This document shows positions 37,946 through 52,200 of a stretch of DNA of 64,000 bases, piece by piece (position 1 is the first letter of the stretch; each line of letters begins with the position of its first letter). Both the position numbers and the translations under genes were made by a program. The notes beneath the pieces are model-generated. The model was not told where the DNA came from and made no database searches. It saw only the letters and a list, made by a program, of their open reading frames with translations. Origin of the DNA: Selaginella moellendorffii (lineage: Eukaryota > Plantae > Lycopodiophyta); the NCBI RefSeq assembly GCF_000143415.4, contig NW_003314266.1, positions 2,006,463 to 2,070,462 of the forward strand. The letters are read 5' to 3'.

Positions 37946-38079
37946 CCTGTCCCACAATGTCCTCGGGCACCAGCGACCACAGCTACCATCGGGTTGTTCC
38001 TGTCGAGACGGAAGTAGCGCAGTCCTAGTTACTTAGACAAGGATTCAATTCAATGTGCATTCTTTCCTTTCTTTTCTGC

Positions 38080-38592
38080 CCGGGCTCTGACTGGGATCGT
38101 AGAAATGAGGAGCTCTTGCCGGATATCCGCTGCTTCCAGCGGTCATTCTCGCGGGGATGGATGGAGAGCCTGGAAGATCGGTCACACTTTGTCAATCGCG
38201 ATGATTCTTGGACGCTGTCGACCTTCTTGAATCTCAGCTCGGCCTTGGCTGAATGCATCCAGCAGCGTTTCCAACAGATCTGGAAGAAATGCTCAGTCTC
38301 CAGCGTCGTTTCCAGCGCTCGAGCGTAAGAATCCAAGGCTTATCGAATAAGACTCTCTGGAAGGAAGATCAAAGTTTGGACCTGTTTTGGTCCTATGTGC
38401 ACAATCCACACGCGAGAGCGATGCCGGGAACAACAGCAAGAGAGACGAGCATAAGTTGCCACACGGACGAGAATCCAACTGCAAAGCCTGAGACGAATCC
38501 TGCCATATGTAGAGGAGATATGGATCAAACGAGATAATCAAAGACTCGCCGGGTCGAAGAATCCCACGTCTTGGCTGAGCATCGATCCCATT
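38080..38592 (-). pseudogene. ABCB/P-glycoprotein transporter pseudogene, strongly condensed by deletions
   Basis: MLSQDVGFFD; [35 protein letters not shown]; SYARALETTL; degenerate Walker A GSSG..GKS; FYDP. Confidence 0.8.
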
Positions 38593-39148
38593 TTTCTAGA
38601 GCTCGCTTGAAAGGGAGGAACTCCCAGTGAAAACTAGCTTAGAAGGAAGAAGAGAACGAAGTCATAAATCAGGAAAGCTTCTAGCGATCAAGGGATGAAC
38701 CTTATAGTTTGCAGCACCAAACTCATTCCCAAAGAAGATGGAATCGCTGCTCCGCACCCAGTCTCTTCTTTTCCTTCTTCGTCCTGAAATCGCGATATTC
38801 TCCACCTCGCTGTCCTTGAATCTTAGCTGGTTTGCCTGATGTGATTTTACGCCCAGTGCTTACCTTGACCAGGTTGAGGAGGAATACCTGATCCTTTCCA
38901 TAAATTTCCTTTCACTCAAACCAATCAAGATCATCAGTTGACTGAGATGGAGAGCGTCAGATCGATCGGTCTAGAACGATAAGCAAAGCTGCCAGTTCTC
39001 GTTTGATACAAGGTGCGCGACCTTTGTCTTGATCGCTTTGAAAAACTCTAGGAAAGTTTTTTCTTCCTGTGTGAGTTGGAGTTTTTTATTTAAGGACTTT
39101 TGATTGATGCAAATTTAAGAGGATGTGAAGGAGTTTGTAACTTACCCT

Positions 39149-39735
39149 ATGGAGCAGAGATTGTTGAGCCCAAATGGTGAGTATACTCTTGGTGATATCT
39201 GGAATGTCGCCACTGGATTATATGGCGGCAGTTCTTGATGAATCTTATGAGTCACTGCTTCAGTGCATATGGATTTTCTGCGATATATTGGCTCCCTGAG
39301 CCTGAGCCTCAGGGGCGGGTGTGCGTTGGTTTCAGTGTACTTTTACTATCATGTAAGCTTTGTTTTCCTTTATATCTTTAGAGACTAACAAGAGGTTCCT
39401 ACATCCAGGGGTTTCCCATCTTCTCTTTGGTCGAAAGAAAGTTATCACATACGGCTTTCTTATTGGAAATTATCACGCTAATATTATTCTCTGCAATTGT
39501 CTACGCGGGGCTGGTTCATGTCTATATGTCGCAGTTTCCATATGAAATTCTTGTAGATTGTTTTTGCGATGGTTTGGCAGCAAGAGAGGATACCGACAAG
39601 CTGATTGCAATGCAGCAAGAGAAGGCCATTGAAGCTTTGAAGGAGTTTGCCAAGGCAACCGGGAATACTTCACCGGAAAACATGAATAGCCTCAACTTCA
39701 AGAAACTAAAGCAGAACTACAATGACGTTTGTTGA
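39149..39735 (+). pseudogene. Deleted copy of the LFG/TMBIM-like gene
   Basis: MEQRLLSPNGEY..., LFGRKKVITYGFL, AIVYAGLVHVYM...QEKAIEALKEFAKATGNT; middle part deleted. Confidence 0.75.
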
Positions 39736-41447
39736 ATCTGTTACTTTTAGAGCTTGATTAGCCATAAAAGATTGTGAGTTTGGCTTTGGATAACGGCCTA
39801 TTGACTCTGCTATCAAGCTTTGAAAATAAAGAAATCGCTTTGAAAAAATCTACCGCGTGAATGTTTGAGAAAGTACGGCATGATGCAACCCTGTGGAGTT
39901 CATGGGACGTGCGAACTGAACATAGAAATACCAAATTTCAAATGCGGCATGATGACTAGCTCCAGACAGTTTTTCCACCATATTTTGCAGGGGAGCAAAT
40001 AAGAGAATACCTGGATAGGCAGTGATGCGAAGAAACACAAAGAAAAGCCTCCAAGACGGATTCTTTGTACAACCAGACAAGCTCGGTGTTACGAAAGGGA
40101 AAGTCCCCAGAAAATCTGGGCCTGAGACACGAATGTAGCGAAATGTAAAAAAAATAAATATAAACCTTCAATCAGTAAAAAGGATTGCAGCAGCGTTGCC
40201 TTCGATCCTGCCAAGGGATAGTCTTGCTGCCACAGATCTCGCGATATGTGACACGCAAAGAACTAAAAGTTCGTGCTCAAAAGCTCCGGCACGTCCGAGC
40301 TAGTAAGCCGCTCGCTGATGGGAGTTGCTTGTTAAAATCGTTGGCTACGGGATCGTTTGGTCATGCTGAGCCCTCGTGCTCGTCCCTGATGGAACCAACC
40401 CCTCTGCTCTTGGTTTCAGTGTTCCCTCGAGCCTGTTGTCCGAATGAGCACAATCTGGTTGTCTGATCGTCGAATCATACAGTCCCAAGTCGACTTTTAT
40501 CAACTCTCAATCTCCAAAGCTATCACCTCGCTGTCCTTGAATCTTCGCCGGTTTCCGTCCCATGCCTGATGTGATTTATGTATCTTGACCAGGTTGAGGT
40601 CAACGAGGGATAATGCGAGCACACTCAGCTGATCCTTTCTATAAATTTCCTTTTAGAATGATAAGAAAAGCTGCCAGTTCTCGTTTGATCGTGCGCGACC
40701 TTTCTCTTCATCGCTTTGAAAAACTCTAGGAAAGTTTTTTCTTCCTTGCGCCTTCGAAAGTCATCTTTTATCACTTTGCCATTTCACGCCTTTTTTATTT
40801 AAGGACTTCTGATTGATGCAAATTTAAGTATGCTCTTGGTGATATCTACAAGGCCTGGACTCTTGTGGGAGTTGCTTGTCAAAATCGTTGGCTACGGGGT
40901 CATGCTGAGCCCTCGTGCTCGTCCCTGATGGAACCAACGCTTGTGAAAGGTATTGACTGGTGCTCTTGGTTTCAGTGTTCCCTCGAGCCTGTTGTCCGAA
41001 TCAGCACAATCTGGCTGTATGATCGTCGAATCATACGGTCCCAAGTAGGTGACAAGGATTCGTTTAAGGTTTCGTCATGAGTCAACTTGGTTGCTCCCGG
41101 CTCAACTGTGACATGAACACCACATATCCCTGTGAGATGTAAGACATAGAAACACCAGATTGCAAGGAACGATGACTAGCTCCAAAATGCTCTGAAAAGT
41201 TTCGAACTTTCACCTGAATGTCTAACGATAGATTTAAATAGATTGTGGAGAACACTAAAATCTAGCTTTTTGATTGGCCTCCGCGCTAGCTGAAACATTT
41301 ATGTTATAATAAATAAAACTCGGACTTGAAGAGGAAAATTACAAAGCATTTTAGGCAAGCAGCGATGAGTACCAGACGTAAACAAGGCTTTCTCGGAACT
41401 GAATGTCTACACTCTTCAAGTCTAACAGTAGCCACAAATATTAATAT

Positions 41448-42273
41448 TCACTCCGGTGCCTTGAGGCTCTTGAGATTTTCTGGTAAAGTATTCCCTGTTG
41501 CCTCGGCAAACTCCCTCAAGGCTTGAATGGCCTTCTCTTGTCGCACGGCATGCCGCTTGTCCTTATCAACTGTATCCACTGGTTGCAGCCTTGCCAAACC
41601 ATCGCAGCAGCCCTCTAGAGCTTCACTTGGAGACTGCAGCATGTAGTCATGAAGCAGACTGGCGTAGACAATTGCAGCGCTGCACCCCAAGAGTAGAGTG
41701 GCTTGTGCTTTCCATCCCAGCGGTGGAGCAGCCGCGGCCACAACACAAGAACCGATGTAAAGCAGACACCTTGTGGTGAAGATCACGGTCATGACGAAGC
41801 AACTGGCCCCGTCGTACCAATCGTCAGGAGCCAGTTGTATTGCCGGAGTGTAGAATCCACAGAAAAATATTAGGCCCAGTGGGATCACCACCCTTGGATC
41901 TGTGCTCATTGTGGAAAGGATACCACTGATGCCTCCAACAAGAAAACCATATGTAACGGGTTTCTTTCGACCAAAGAGGAGATACAAAAGCACTGGAGGG
42001 GGAGACCTCTTGTTAGATAAGAAAAACAGAAAATAAACACAAAAGCTTACTTGTGAAGAATGTAATCACTATGAAGGCAAGGCATCCCACTTCTGCAGAT
42101 AACTGAGGGGGCCAATATATGGTAGCTACATAAAATCCATATAGAGTGAAACAGTGATTCACAAGATTCATCAAGAACTGGCGCCGTATAATCCAGTGGC
42201 GTCTAAGATCCCAGGCCTTGTAGATATCACCAAGCGCATACTCACCATTTGGGCTCAACAATCCCTGCTCCAT
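41448..42273 (-). CDS. Divergent Lifeguard/TMBIM (BI-1-like) multi-pass membrane protein, 255 aa; exons 42051-42273 and 41448-41992
   Basis: A 58-nt GTAAGC...CTCCAG phase-1 intron joins the two ORFs in frame (223+545 nt); about 6 hydrophobic segments. Confidence 0.7.
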
Positions 42274-44952
42274 GGTAGGAAACCTAGAAATTCCCTTTCC
42301 CCAAACCCTCTCTCAAACATGATATGCCCAGTTATATACAGTCCGATCCAATATACGATATACGATCGTATCCTGGCCATTGTTCGCGAAGTGGGCATAT
42401 GACTGGCCGTCCGCGATTGCTTGATCGCTCCCTTTCCCTCCATTTTGCGGAGCTCAGCAGCAGAAGCTCGCAAGGTAAGCGCCCTGGCAAGCTTGATGGG
42501 GCCGTGTGGTCGGGTCGGGATCATCTTTTTCTTCACGAACAGGTGATCTAGTGTCCAAAGCCTCCGCAAGTCCTTGTTTTCTAATGTTCACTGTTTTTAC
42601 AGCTTCAGATTGCAGAGACATCGATTACTCTCCCGGGAGGAAGACTGGATTGTACAATGTAATCACTCCAGTTCTTTGGGGCGAACTGATGACCCGAGTC
42701 ACCCGCATGGCGTCTACAAGGTACTTTCTTCTTCCTCTCTTTACTCCCTTGATCGCTACATCCATCAGTTCCTTCCACGCTAGTTTCCCTTCCTTTCTCT
42801 AAAAGTTCTTCTCAGAGCCGAGCGACAATCCCTCGTTCAAGAAGCACATCAAAAGACTAAAGTCTTTCTTCGGTTGATCTGGAGACTAGACTTTGCAGTT
42901 GAATTCTCGTCCGTGTTTCTCCCGCGGTGGATTATCACTTAGGACTTACGACGAATAACCAAAAGGCCTTGGAAACGTTGGTGTGCAGGTGATCAAAGTT
43001 TTGAAAGCTAAAGTTCTTTTTTCCAGCAAGTAAAAAAACCGTCTACTCGTTAGTTCAGGAGGAGTCCAACACTGGAACCCATGCTGGAGATTTGAAAAAG
43101 GAGTGGAACGCATGGACGTTTTCAACACCATCCTCTGGGGGCTGTAAGTTTGGTTCTATCATCTCAAAAGTCTTTTTTTTCACTTTTATCTTCCAGATCT
43201 TTTGGAAAGCTGCTTTTGGCAAAGGCCGGACCGCCTGGAGATGATAAATTGGAAACCATCCAACTAGCATCTGCCCTAGCTTGGCATAACTCAGGTAGGA
43301 AACAATCTAAAGAAGCATAGAGCTCTATCCATCCTGGCCTGACCAGCAGCTACTATGCCAAGTAGGAAACGATCTAAGGAAGCATCGAGCTCTATCCATC
43401 CTGGCCTGACCAACCGCTACCAGATTCAATTCTACACAGATTTTGTCAGCCCGAATAAATAAAACTTTGAACCTTTTTACTGTTGCCTAGGGTTTTCCAA
43501 GATCCCATTACTTTTAACATTCCTTTGTTTAGGAGCTTTTGATCACTTTTTTTCTTTACAGAATGTAGAACTTGTTTTTTCTTTAACTCTATGTGTCTAG
43601 TAGAGTACACGCGAGAATAAAACGAAGGAAGTCCTAACACACGCTGCCACGTAAGATCTCGCATGAATCGGTTCTGTAACGTGGCCAAACTGTTGAAATG
43701 AATTGGAGGAAACCAAGTAACTGTCAAAGCTCGGATGGAGATGGATAAGCTACAGGATAATTTTTACTTATCCCATTCCGCTGTCCATGTAATCGGGAAC
43801 GCTCGTCAAGTGGACCAGTGGCTTTGCCATAGCTGAGAAGGTAGAGTAGTCGTATAGCCCATTCATTTTTCCATGTAGGCAGGCGTAACGGCTCGGGTAA
43901 GGAATACTCTTGAGAAAAATATTCACTTCCGATTGTTTTCTTTGTTTCCAGGATTATCTGGAGATCATGAGAGTTTCTGTTTGTGTTCGAATAAAGATGG
44001 AGGCTGATGCACATGAACCAAATTCACTGCGTAAGTACAAATAGGTCCTCATGGAATAGCTGTGAACGGTTTTTCTTTTCTTTACCAGTGGACTCTCGGA
44101 CTTGTTTTCCACAGCATGCAAAGATGTGTTTTTGGATTAGCACTGGATTGGAGCAAGCTGACACTACGGCCATGGCAACGAGTATGCTTGACAACCAGCC
44201 TGGCCTTGGATATCGTGTCGTCGCAGTTGAACTTCAAACGAATCCTCGGCACCTACACTCACCGGGAAAGCAACTTGAGCTGTCCGAAAGGAGTCGACGG
44301 GTCTGGACGACCATTGTGCTGAGCTCGAGGGCACACTTATCAACGTCTGACCATTACGACTCAAGCAGAGGATACACAAAAGGATCCCGTAGCCACCGAT
44401 TTGGACAAGCACTCGAGCTTTAGTTCCATCAGCACGGACATGGACGAACTTTCAGTTGCTTGAGTGGCACCTATCGCAAGTATTCAAGAGGACATCTGTG
44501 TCAGCAAGACGACTTTCAACGCTGTTGCAATTCTTTTCGAAGATTTTGGAGCAGACTCTCTGAAGTTTGTTACAGACAAGCTCGGACGGAAAGGGCCCCA
44601 GAAACAGAGCTAAACTCCAACCGCCGCTTGCAGCTGCGACAATGAGGTAAGTCGAATGTAGCGAAAAGGAAGAGATCCGTCTTGTAGGTAATCGCTTCTC
44701 TTACACTCCTTTGTTTGCATTAACACCTGCTTATTTGCAAGATGTGATGGAGAAACTTTTCAGAGCATTTTGGAGCTAGTCATCGTTCCTGGATGTTTTT
44801 CTTACATCTCACAGGGATATAAACGATGGCTGTGTCGCAGTTGAGCCGGTGGCTGAGGAGCCGAGCAACCAAGTTGATTCATGACGAAGCCTTGGTTGAG
44901 AGTTGATATGTGACACGCAAAGAACTAAAAGTCGAGAACTGAATCTCTACAC

Positions 44953-45390
44953 TCTTGTGGTGAAAATCACGGTCATGACGAAGCAACTGGCCCCGTCGTA
45001 CCAATCGTCAGGAGCCAGTTGTATTGCCGGAGTGTAGAATCCACAGAAAAACATCACCCCCAGCAGGATCACCACCCTTGGATCTGTGCTCATTGTGGAA
45101 AGGATACCACTGATGCCTCCAACAAGAAAACCATATGTAACGGGTTTCTTTCGACCAAAGAGGAGGAACAGAAGAGACCTCTTGTTAGACAAAAAAGAAC
45201 AAAAAAAAACACAAAAGCTTACTTGTTAAGAGTGAGATCCCTCACTTCTGCAGATAACTGAGGGGTTCAATATATGGTAGCTACATAAAATCCATATGCA
45301 GTGAAGCAGTGATTCACAAGAATCATCAAAAACTGGCGCCGTATAATCCAGTGGCGTCTAAGATCCCAGGCCTTGTAGATATCACCAAGT
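44953..45390 (-). pseudogene. Truncated LFG/TMBIM-like copy
   Basis: LFGRKKPVTYGFLVGGISG...PDDWYDG; both ends lost. Confidence 0.75.
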
Positions 45391-46994
45391 TATCCGTTCT
45401 TTTGGGATATGCAGTTATATACAGTCCGATCCAATATACGATATACGATCGTATCCATATCCACATGGGCTGGATTCTCTGCCGAGCATATGACTATGTC
45501 AGCAAATGATGATCCTTAGGGCCGTCCGCGATTGCTCCTCTGGCAAGGTAAGCGCATTCTACGGTTCACTGGCTCACAGTTTTGATCGCTCCCTTACCCT
45601 CCATTTTGCAGAGCTCAGCAGCAGAAGCTCCCGCAAGGTAAGCGCCTTGGCACTTGGCAGTGGCTCAATGGCTCATGGTTTTGATTCCCAGCTGCAAGCT
45701 TGATGGGGCCGTGTGGTCGGGTCGGATCATCCTTTTCCTCACGAACAGGTGATCTAGTGTCCAAAGCCTCCGCAAGTCCTTGTTTTCTAATGTTCACTGT
45801 TTTTAGCTTCAGATTGCAGAGAGATCGATTACTCTCCCGGGAGGAAGACTGAATGGCAAACGGATTGTAAGTTTGGACCTCGGCCATGGCGTCTACAAGG
45901 TACTTTCTTCTCTTTACTCCATCAGTTCCTTCTCCTTTTGAGCGAGCTCTAAAAGTTCTTCTCAGAGCCGAGCGACAATCCCTCACATCAAAAGGCTAAA
46001 GTCTTTCTTCGGTTGATCTGGAGACTAGGCTTTGCAGTTGAATTCTCGTCCGTGTTTCGCCTGCTGTGGATTATCACTTAGGACTCACGACGAATAACCA
46101 AAAGGCCTTGGAAACATTGGTGCGCAGGTGATCAAAGTTTTTGGAAACTTTGAAAGCTAAAGTTCTTGCTTCCAGCAAGTTAAAAAACTGTCTACTCATT
46201 CGTTCAGGAGGATTCCAGCTCTGGAACCCACGCTGGAGATTTGAAAAAGGAGTGGAACGCATGGACGTTTTCAACACCATCCTCTGGGGGCTGTAAGTTT
46301 GGTTCCATCATCTCAAAAGTCTTTTTTTTTGTTCACTTTTTTCTTCCAGATCTTTTGAAAAGCTGCTCCAGATCTTGCTGCTTTTGGCAAAGGCCAGACC
46401 CCATCCTGGAGATGATAAATTGGAAACCATCCAGCTAGCATCTGGTATAGCTCAGGTAAGAAACGATCTAAGGAAGCATCGACCTCTATCCATCCTGGCC
46501 TGACCAGCAGCTAGCAGGAAATGATCTAAGGAAGCATTGAGCTCTATCCATCCTGGCCTGACCAGCAGCTACCAGATTCAAGTCTACACAGATTTTGTGA
46601 GCCCGAATAAATAAAACTTCGAACCCTTTTCACTGTTCCCTAGGGTTTTCCGGGAGCAAGCGGAGGAATGGCGTCTCTCGAGGTAAGAATCTTGGCATCC
46701 CATTACTTTTAACATTCTCTGGTTTAGGAGCCTTTGATCGTAGTCTCCGAGCCAGTCGCGGACGCGATAGCCAGTCTCCCGGACGCGACAGCGAGTCTCC
46801 AGGACGAGGTAAAGCATTTCTTTATTCCCCATTGTCTCATTTGTGGTTGCCACGTCAGCTCCACGTTGTGCCACATCAGGACCACGTCGTACCACACCAG
46901 TGCCAGCAGAACGCGCCAGAGCGAGACCAGGTAAAAAGCACCTTGATTTCTTTTGTATGAATTTGATGTGATCAGCACCAGGACGAGCGCCACC

Positions 46995-47855
46995 ATGATG
47001 GAAAAGGCATTCAAGGTGATTTTGCAAGTTTTGTTTTTTTTGTTTCATGTTTTTGTTTTTGCTTTTGTAGATATCAGCTGTCCTTGCATCAGTAATTCTG
47101 TATGTTTTGCCGGTTTTCCTCGCGAAAACAGCGTTACTCCCGGGGACTCAATTAGCCATATTATATGGCACTTCGAGTAATTGCTTTTTTTTTTAATCTT
47201 TCAACCACTAAGGCTTATAATTTTTTTTTTGCAGCTTTAAACTGCATAAGCTGGTTTGTCTATGGCCGAATTGAACAAGATGTGGTGGTCGAAAACGTGA
47301 ACCTCCTTGGGCTCGTAACAGGGCTCATGTTTACCGTGCATACTGTCGGCGATGTTACCTGGTGGCCTGCGCTGGGTGGTTCATTCGTGTGGCCGCTTCT
47401 TGTTGCAGTGGCTTACTACGTTTTTCTCTACGGGTTGTACGGGATCTTCAAAAAGGAGAAAGTGAAAGTGTGCTGCGAACTTACGGTCATGGACATCGTT
47501 GGTGTCACCACCACTGTCCTTGCTTCAGGGGTGCCACTGTGCTTTCGTGCTGTAAGATTGTTTATTCTGTTGCAGTGGCTTCTTGAGAGTTTTTTTTTTT
47601 TTGTGATGCAGGTGACAATGGTTAGCAATACCACCAAAGCCACAGGGTCTCCTCTCGTTCCAGGGATGGCAACGGCGTGTAACATCCTGTGGGCTGCTTA
47701 CACTCATATGGCAAAAAAGAAAACCATGCGTGTAAGTATTCGTTCTTTCATACTCCAACTAAGCTATGAGCTTTTGTATGTAGGCTGCTAGCATTTCAGC
47801 AGCTGTGCTAGCTGGAGCCCTCTCCATCCTCTCGGTGAAAGAGAGGATGCTTTGA
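46995..47855 (+). CDS. Divergent SWEET/MtN3-like transporter, 211 aa; exons 46995-47015, 47071-47176, 47235-47551, 47612-47731, 47784-47855
   Basis: Four GT-AG introns of 52-60 nt give an open 636-nt CDS. Motifs LNCISWFVYG, NVNLLG, GVPL and CNILWAAY; 120-nt phase-0 penultimate exon as in SWEET genes. Confidence 0.75.
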
Positions 47856-49102
47856 CATCATGCTTACTTCTCAGCTCACTTGCGTCACACTTTTTTTCTC
47901 TACAGAACGTAGAGCTTGTCGTTTTTTTGGAACTCTACGCGTCCCGTAGAGTTCACGCGAGAATAAGACGAACGAAGTCTTGAGATCTCGCGTAACGTGG
48001 CCAAACTGTTGAAATGAATCGGAGGAAACCAAGTAACTGTCAAAGCTCGGATGGAGATGGATAAGCTACAGGATAGTTTTTACTTATCCCATTCTACTGT
48101 CCATGTCGCAGCAATCGGGAACGCTCGTCAAGTGGACCAGTGGCTTTGCCATAGCTGAGAAGGTAGAGTAGTCGCCTGCCCATTCGTTTTTCCATGTAGG
48201 CAGACATAACGGCTCGGGTAAGGAATACTCTTGAGAAAAATATTCACTTCCGATTGTTTTCTTTGTTTCCAGGATTATCTGGAGATCATGAGAGTTTGTG
48301 TTCGTGTTCGGATAAAGATGGAGGCTGATGCACATGAACCAAATTCACTGTGTAAGTACAAATAGGTCCTCATGAAATAGCTGTGAACGGTTTTCCTTTT
48401 CTTTACCAGTGGACTCGAATCGGGATCCCTCGGACTTGTTTTCCACAGCATGCAAAGATGTGTTTTTGGATTAACACTGGATTGGAGCAAGCTGACACTA
48501 TGTTGTTGTCGCAGTTGGGCTTCAAACGAATCCTCGGCACCTACACTCACCGGGAAAGCAACTTGAGACTGTCCGAAAGGAGTCGACGGGTCTGGACGAC
48601 CATTGTGCTGAGCTCGCGGGCACACTTATCAACGTCTGACCATTACGACTCAAGCAGAGGATACACAAAAGGATCCCGTAGCCACCGATCTGGACAAGCA
48701 CTCGAGCTTTAGTTCCATCAGCACGGACATGGACGAACTTTCAGTTGCTTGAGTGCCACCTATTGCAAGTATTCAAGAGGACATCTGTGTCAGCAAGACG
48801 ACTTTCAACGCTGTTGCAATTCTTTTCGAAGATTTTGGAGCAGACTCTGTGAAGTTTGTTACAGACAAGCTCGGACGTTAAGGGAAAGGAGAAACAGCTG
48901 CGACAATGAGCTAAGTCCAATGTAGCAAAAAGGAAGAGATCCGTCTTGTAGGTAACCGCTTCTCTTACACTCGTTTGTTTGCATTAACATCTGCTTATTT
49001 GCAAGATGTGATGGAGAAACTTTTCAGAGCATTTTTGGAGCTAGTCATCGTTCCTGGTATTTCTATGTTTTTCTTACATCTCACAGCGATATCTAGTGCC
49101 CT

Positions 49103-50343
49103 AGTCGCGGTAGCAGGGATGGATTGGATGGATGCATTCCACGGTATTGTGGTCGGGGTTGTTGCCTTGCACGGGAGCACTCTGCCCAAATCCAGTTCAG
49201 GCTCAGGCCTTCTTAGACGAAGGTATTTCGTTTTTCTTTACTGAAGTTCTATTGAAGCGAGGTGTTCGTTTCGTCCAGGATGACTTTGTCCTGGAGAAGA
49301 ACAGTGGAGGAGGAGCGTTTGGATCCATCCGTCTACAAAGGTTCGTTTGCGAAATCCTCAAAAGAAGGTGCGTGGGTTTTGTTCTTTGATTTTTCTCGAT
49401 GACGGATTTACGATGGTTTGCTGATCCCTCTCTCTCTCTGGCGTTTCATATATCTTTGGTTCTAGAGAGTCAATCCGAAGGAGGAGTTTTTGCTTGTGTG
49501 GCGTTACGAAGGTGTGGCGCCTCTCGTAAACTTCATGAGTAGCAAGGATTTTCCTTACAATGTGCGTTTTCGGTTTCATGCAGAAAATCTCAAATCGCGA
49601 CAGACAAGTTGAGAAGGCGTTGAGCTTGAAGACTACACAGCTTGCCAAAGGTGCCGAGCGAGAATTCCAGATCGAGCTATTAAAATGTTTGAGGGAGACT
49701 GGGATTCATCTTTCCGACGGTAAGCTTGTAGATATGTAGTCATTGTTTCTTAACAGTTGGATGTTTTGTAGAGTCGAAGTCCTTCAAGATTATTGATCTC
49801 GGTCGGTGAGGGACTACATTCCGCAAGAGTTCCTACTGGATCCAAGGTCTGAGTTGTAATTTCTTTTCAACTTCGCGTAAAGAAAGGTTCCTGACATTTT
49901 TTCTATGTTCAAGGTACGCTGCACCAGAGCTGTACGTTATGAGTACTCAGACTCCCTCCGCTCCATCGCCTGTCATTGCAACAGCACTCTCTCCAGTTCT
50001 ATGGCAGGTTTATACCAGTCAATATTTTCTGTGACAGATCACGAACTTTGATCCTTACAGCTAAACCTGCCAGACCGCTACAGCCTCGGATTGATGTTCT
50101 TGCAAATGGTAAGTCCAGCTGATACATCTATCAATGGCAGGTGTTTTCGAAACTGAGAAGCGATAGTGCTCTCATCCAGTTCAATGAAGCGCATGAATCA
50201 CGACTTAGTTGCGTGGAGAAACTTGGTGGAGGCTCGGCGAAATCCGGGCGTTCAACGTGGCTTCGAGATTCTGGACGGGGGAGCTGGCTGGGAGCTGCTC
50301 CAAGCGATGATGCAGTTTAAAGGTCGCCAACGTATCAGTGCCT
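49103..50343 (+). pseudogene. STN7: STN7-like pseudogene, copy B
   Basis: Direct repeat of copy A with different deletions; keeps VWRYEGVAPLVNFMSSKDFPYNV and AKGAERE. Confidence 0.88.
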
Positions 50344-50479
50344 GGCCTGTCCCACAATGTCCTCGGGCACCAGCGACCACAGCTACCATCGGGTTGTCCC
50401 TGTCGAGACGGAAGTAGCGTACTCCTAGCTACTTAGACAAGGATTCAGTTCAATGTGCATTCTTTCCTTTCTTTTCTGC

Positions 50480-50740
50480 CCGGGCTCTGACTGGGATCGT
50501 AGAAATGAGGAGCTCTTGCCGGATATCCGCTGCTCCCAACGGTCATTCTCGCGGGTGGAAGATCGGTCACACTTTGTCAATCGCGATGATTCTTGGACGC
50601 TGTCGACCTTCTTGAATTTCCAGGATGGTGTATCCGGCAGCTCGGCCTTGGCTGAATGCAGCCAGACTGGGAGCAGCGTTTCCAACAGATCTGGAAGAAA
50701 TGTTCACTTCTCCACCGTCGTTTCCAGCGCTCGAGCGTAA
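50480..50740 (-). pseudogene. ABCB fragment
   Basis: GNAAPSLAAFSQGRAAGYTILEI. Confidence 0.75.
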
Positions 50741-51374
50741 GTTCATCGGAGGAGAACTTTTAGAGAAAGGAAGGGAAACTAGCGTGGAAGGAACTGATGG
50801 ATGTAGCGATCCAGGGAGTAAAGGGAGGAAGAAGAAAGTGGGTCGGGTCATCAGTTCGCCCCAAACTCATTGATGAACTGGAGTGATTACAATCCGGTTG
50901 CCATTCAGTCTTCCTCCCAGGAGAGTAATCGATCTCTCTGCAATCTGAAGCTGTAAAAACAGTGAACATTAGAAAACAAGGACTTGCAGAGGCTTTGGAC
51001 ACTAGATCACCTGTTCGTGGGGAAAAAGATGATCCCGACCCGACCACACCCCATCAAGCTTGCAGCTGGGAATCAAAACCATGAGCCCTTGAGCCACTGC
51101 CAGGGCGCTTACCTTGCTGCTGAGCTCCGCAAAACGGAGGGAAAGGGAGCGATCAAAACTGCGAGCCAGTGAACCGTAGAATGCGCTTACGTTGCCAGAG
51201 GAGCAATCGCGGAATAGTGCTCGGCAGAGACCACTAAATCCAGCCCATGTATCGGGATCGGACCATATATAACTGGGATCTTATCCCATATCCCAAAAGA
51301 ACAGCCGTTGGATGAAACGGTCTAGGTGCTCTTGAGAGAGGGTTTGGGGAAAGGGAATTTCTAGGTTTCCTACC

Positions 51375-52200
51375 ATGGAGCAGGGATTGTTGAGCCCAAA
51401 TGGTGAGTATGCGCTTGGTGATATCTACAAGGCCTGGGATCTTAGACGCCACTGGATTATATGGCGCCAGTTCTTGATGATTCTTGTGAATCACTGCTTC
51501 ACTCTATATGGATTTTATGTAGCTACCATACATTGGCCCCCTCAGTTATCTGCAGAAGTGGGATGCCTTGCTTTCATAGTGATTACATTCTTCACAGGTA
51601 AGCTTTTGTGTTTATTTTCTCTTTTTATTATCTAACAAGAGGTCCCTCCCTCCAGCGCTTCTGTATGCCCTCTTTGGTCGAAAGAAACCCGTTACATATG
51701 GTTTTCTTGTTGGAGGCATCAGTGGTATCCTTTCCACAATGAGCACAGATCCAAGGGTGGTGATCCCACTGGGGCTAATATTTTTCTGTGGATTCTACAC
51801 TCCGGCAATACAACTGGCTCCTGACGATTGGTACGACGGGGCCAGTTGGTTCGTCATGACCGTGATTTTCACCACAAGGTGTCTGCTTTACATCGGTTCT
51901 TGTGTTGTGGCCACGGCTGCTCCACCGCTGGGATGGAAAGCACAAGCCACTGTACTCTTGGGATGCAGCGCTGCAATTGTCTACGCCAGCCTGCTTCATG
52001 ACTACATGCTGCAGTCTCCAAGTGAAGCTCTAGAGGGCTGCTGCGATGGTTTGGCAAGGCTGCAACCAGTGGATACAGTTGATAAGGACAAGCGGCATGC
52101 CGTGCGACAAGAGAAGGCCATTCAAGCGTTGAGGGAGTTTGCCGAGGCAACAGAGAATACTTTACCAGAAAATCTCAAGAGCCTCAAGGCACCTGAGTGA
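51375..52200 (+). CDS. Divergent Lifeguard/TMBIM-like membrane protein, 255 aa; exons 51375-51597 and 51656-52200
   Basis: Only the CAG acceptor at 51653-51655 keeps the frame; open 768-nt CDS. Confidence 0.72.

Noticed and set aside
43297-43420. Two-unit ~60-bp tandem repeat (also ~46455-46572 and ~62300-62420)
   Set aside because: Simple local duplication carried along with the segmental repeats; no function inferable.
47165-47791. 208-aa unspliced ORF as the real protein (also 61057-61677)
   Set aside because: It reads through poly-T introns; the five-exon model fits splice signals and the synonymous-change pattern better.
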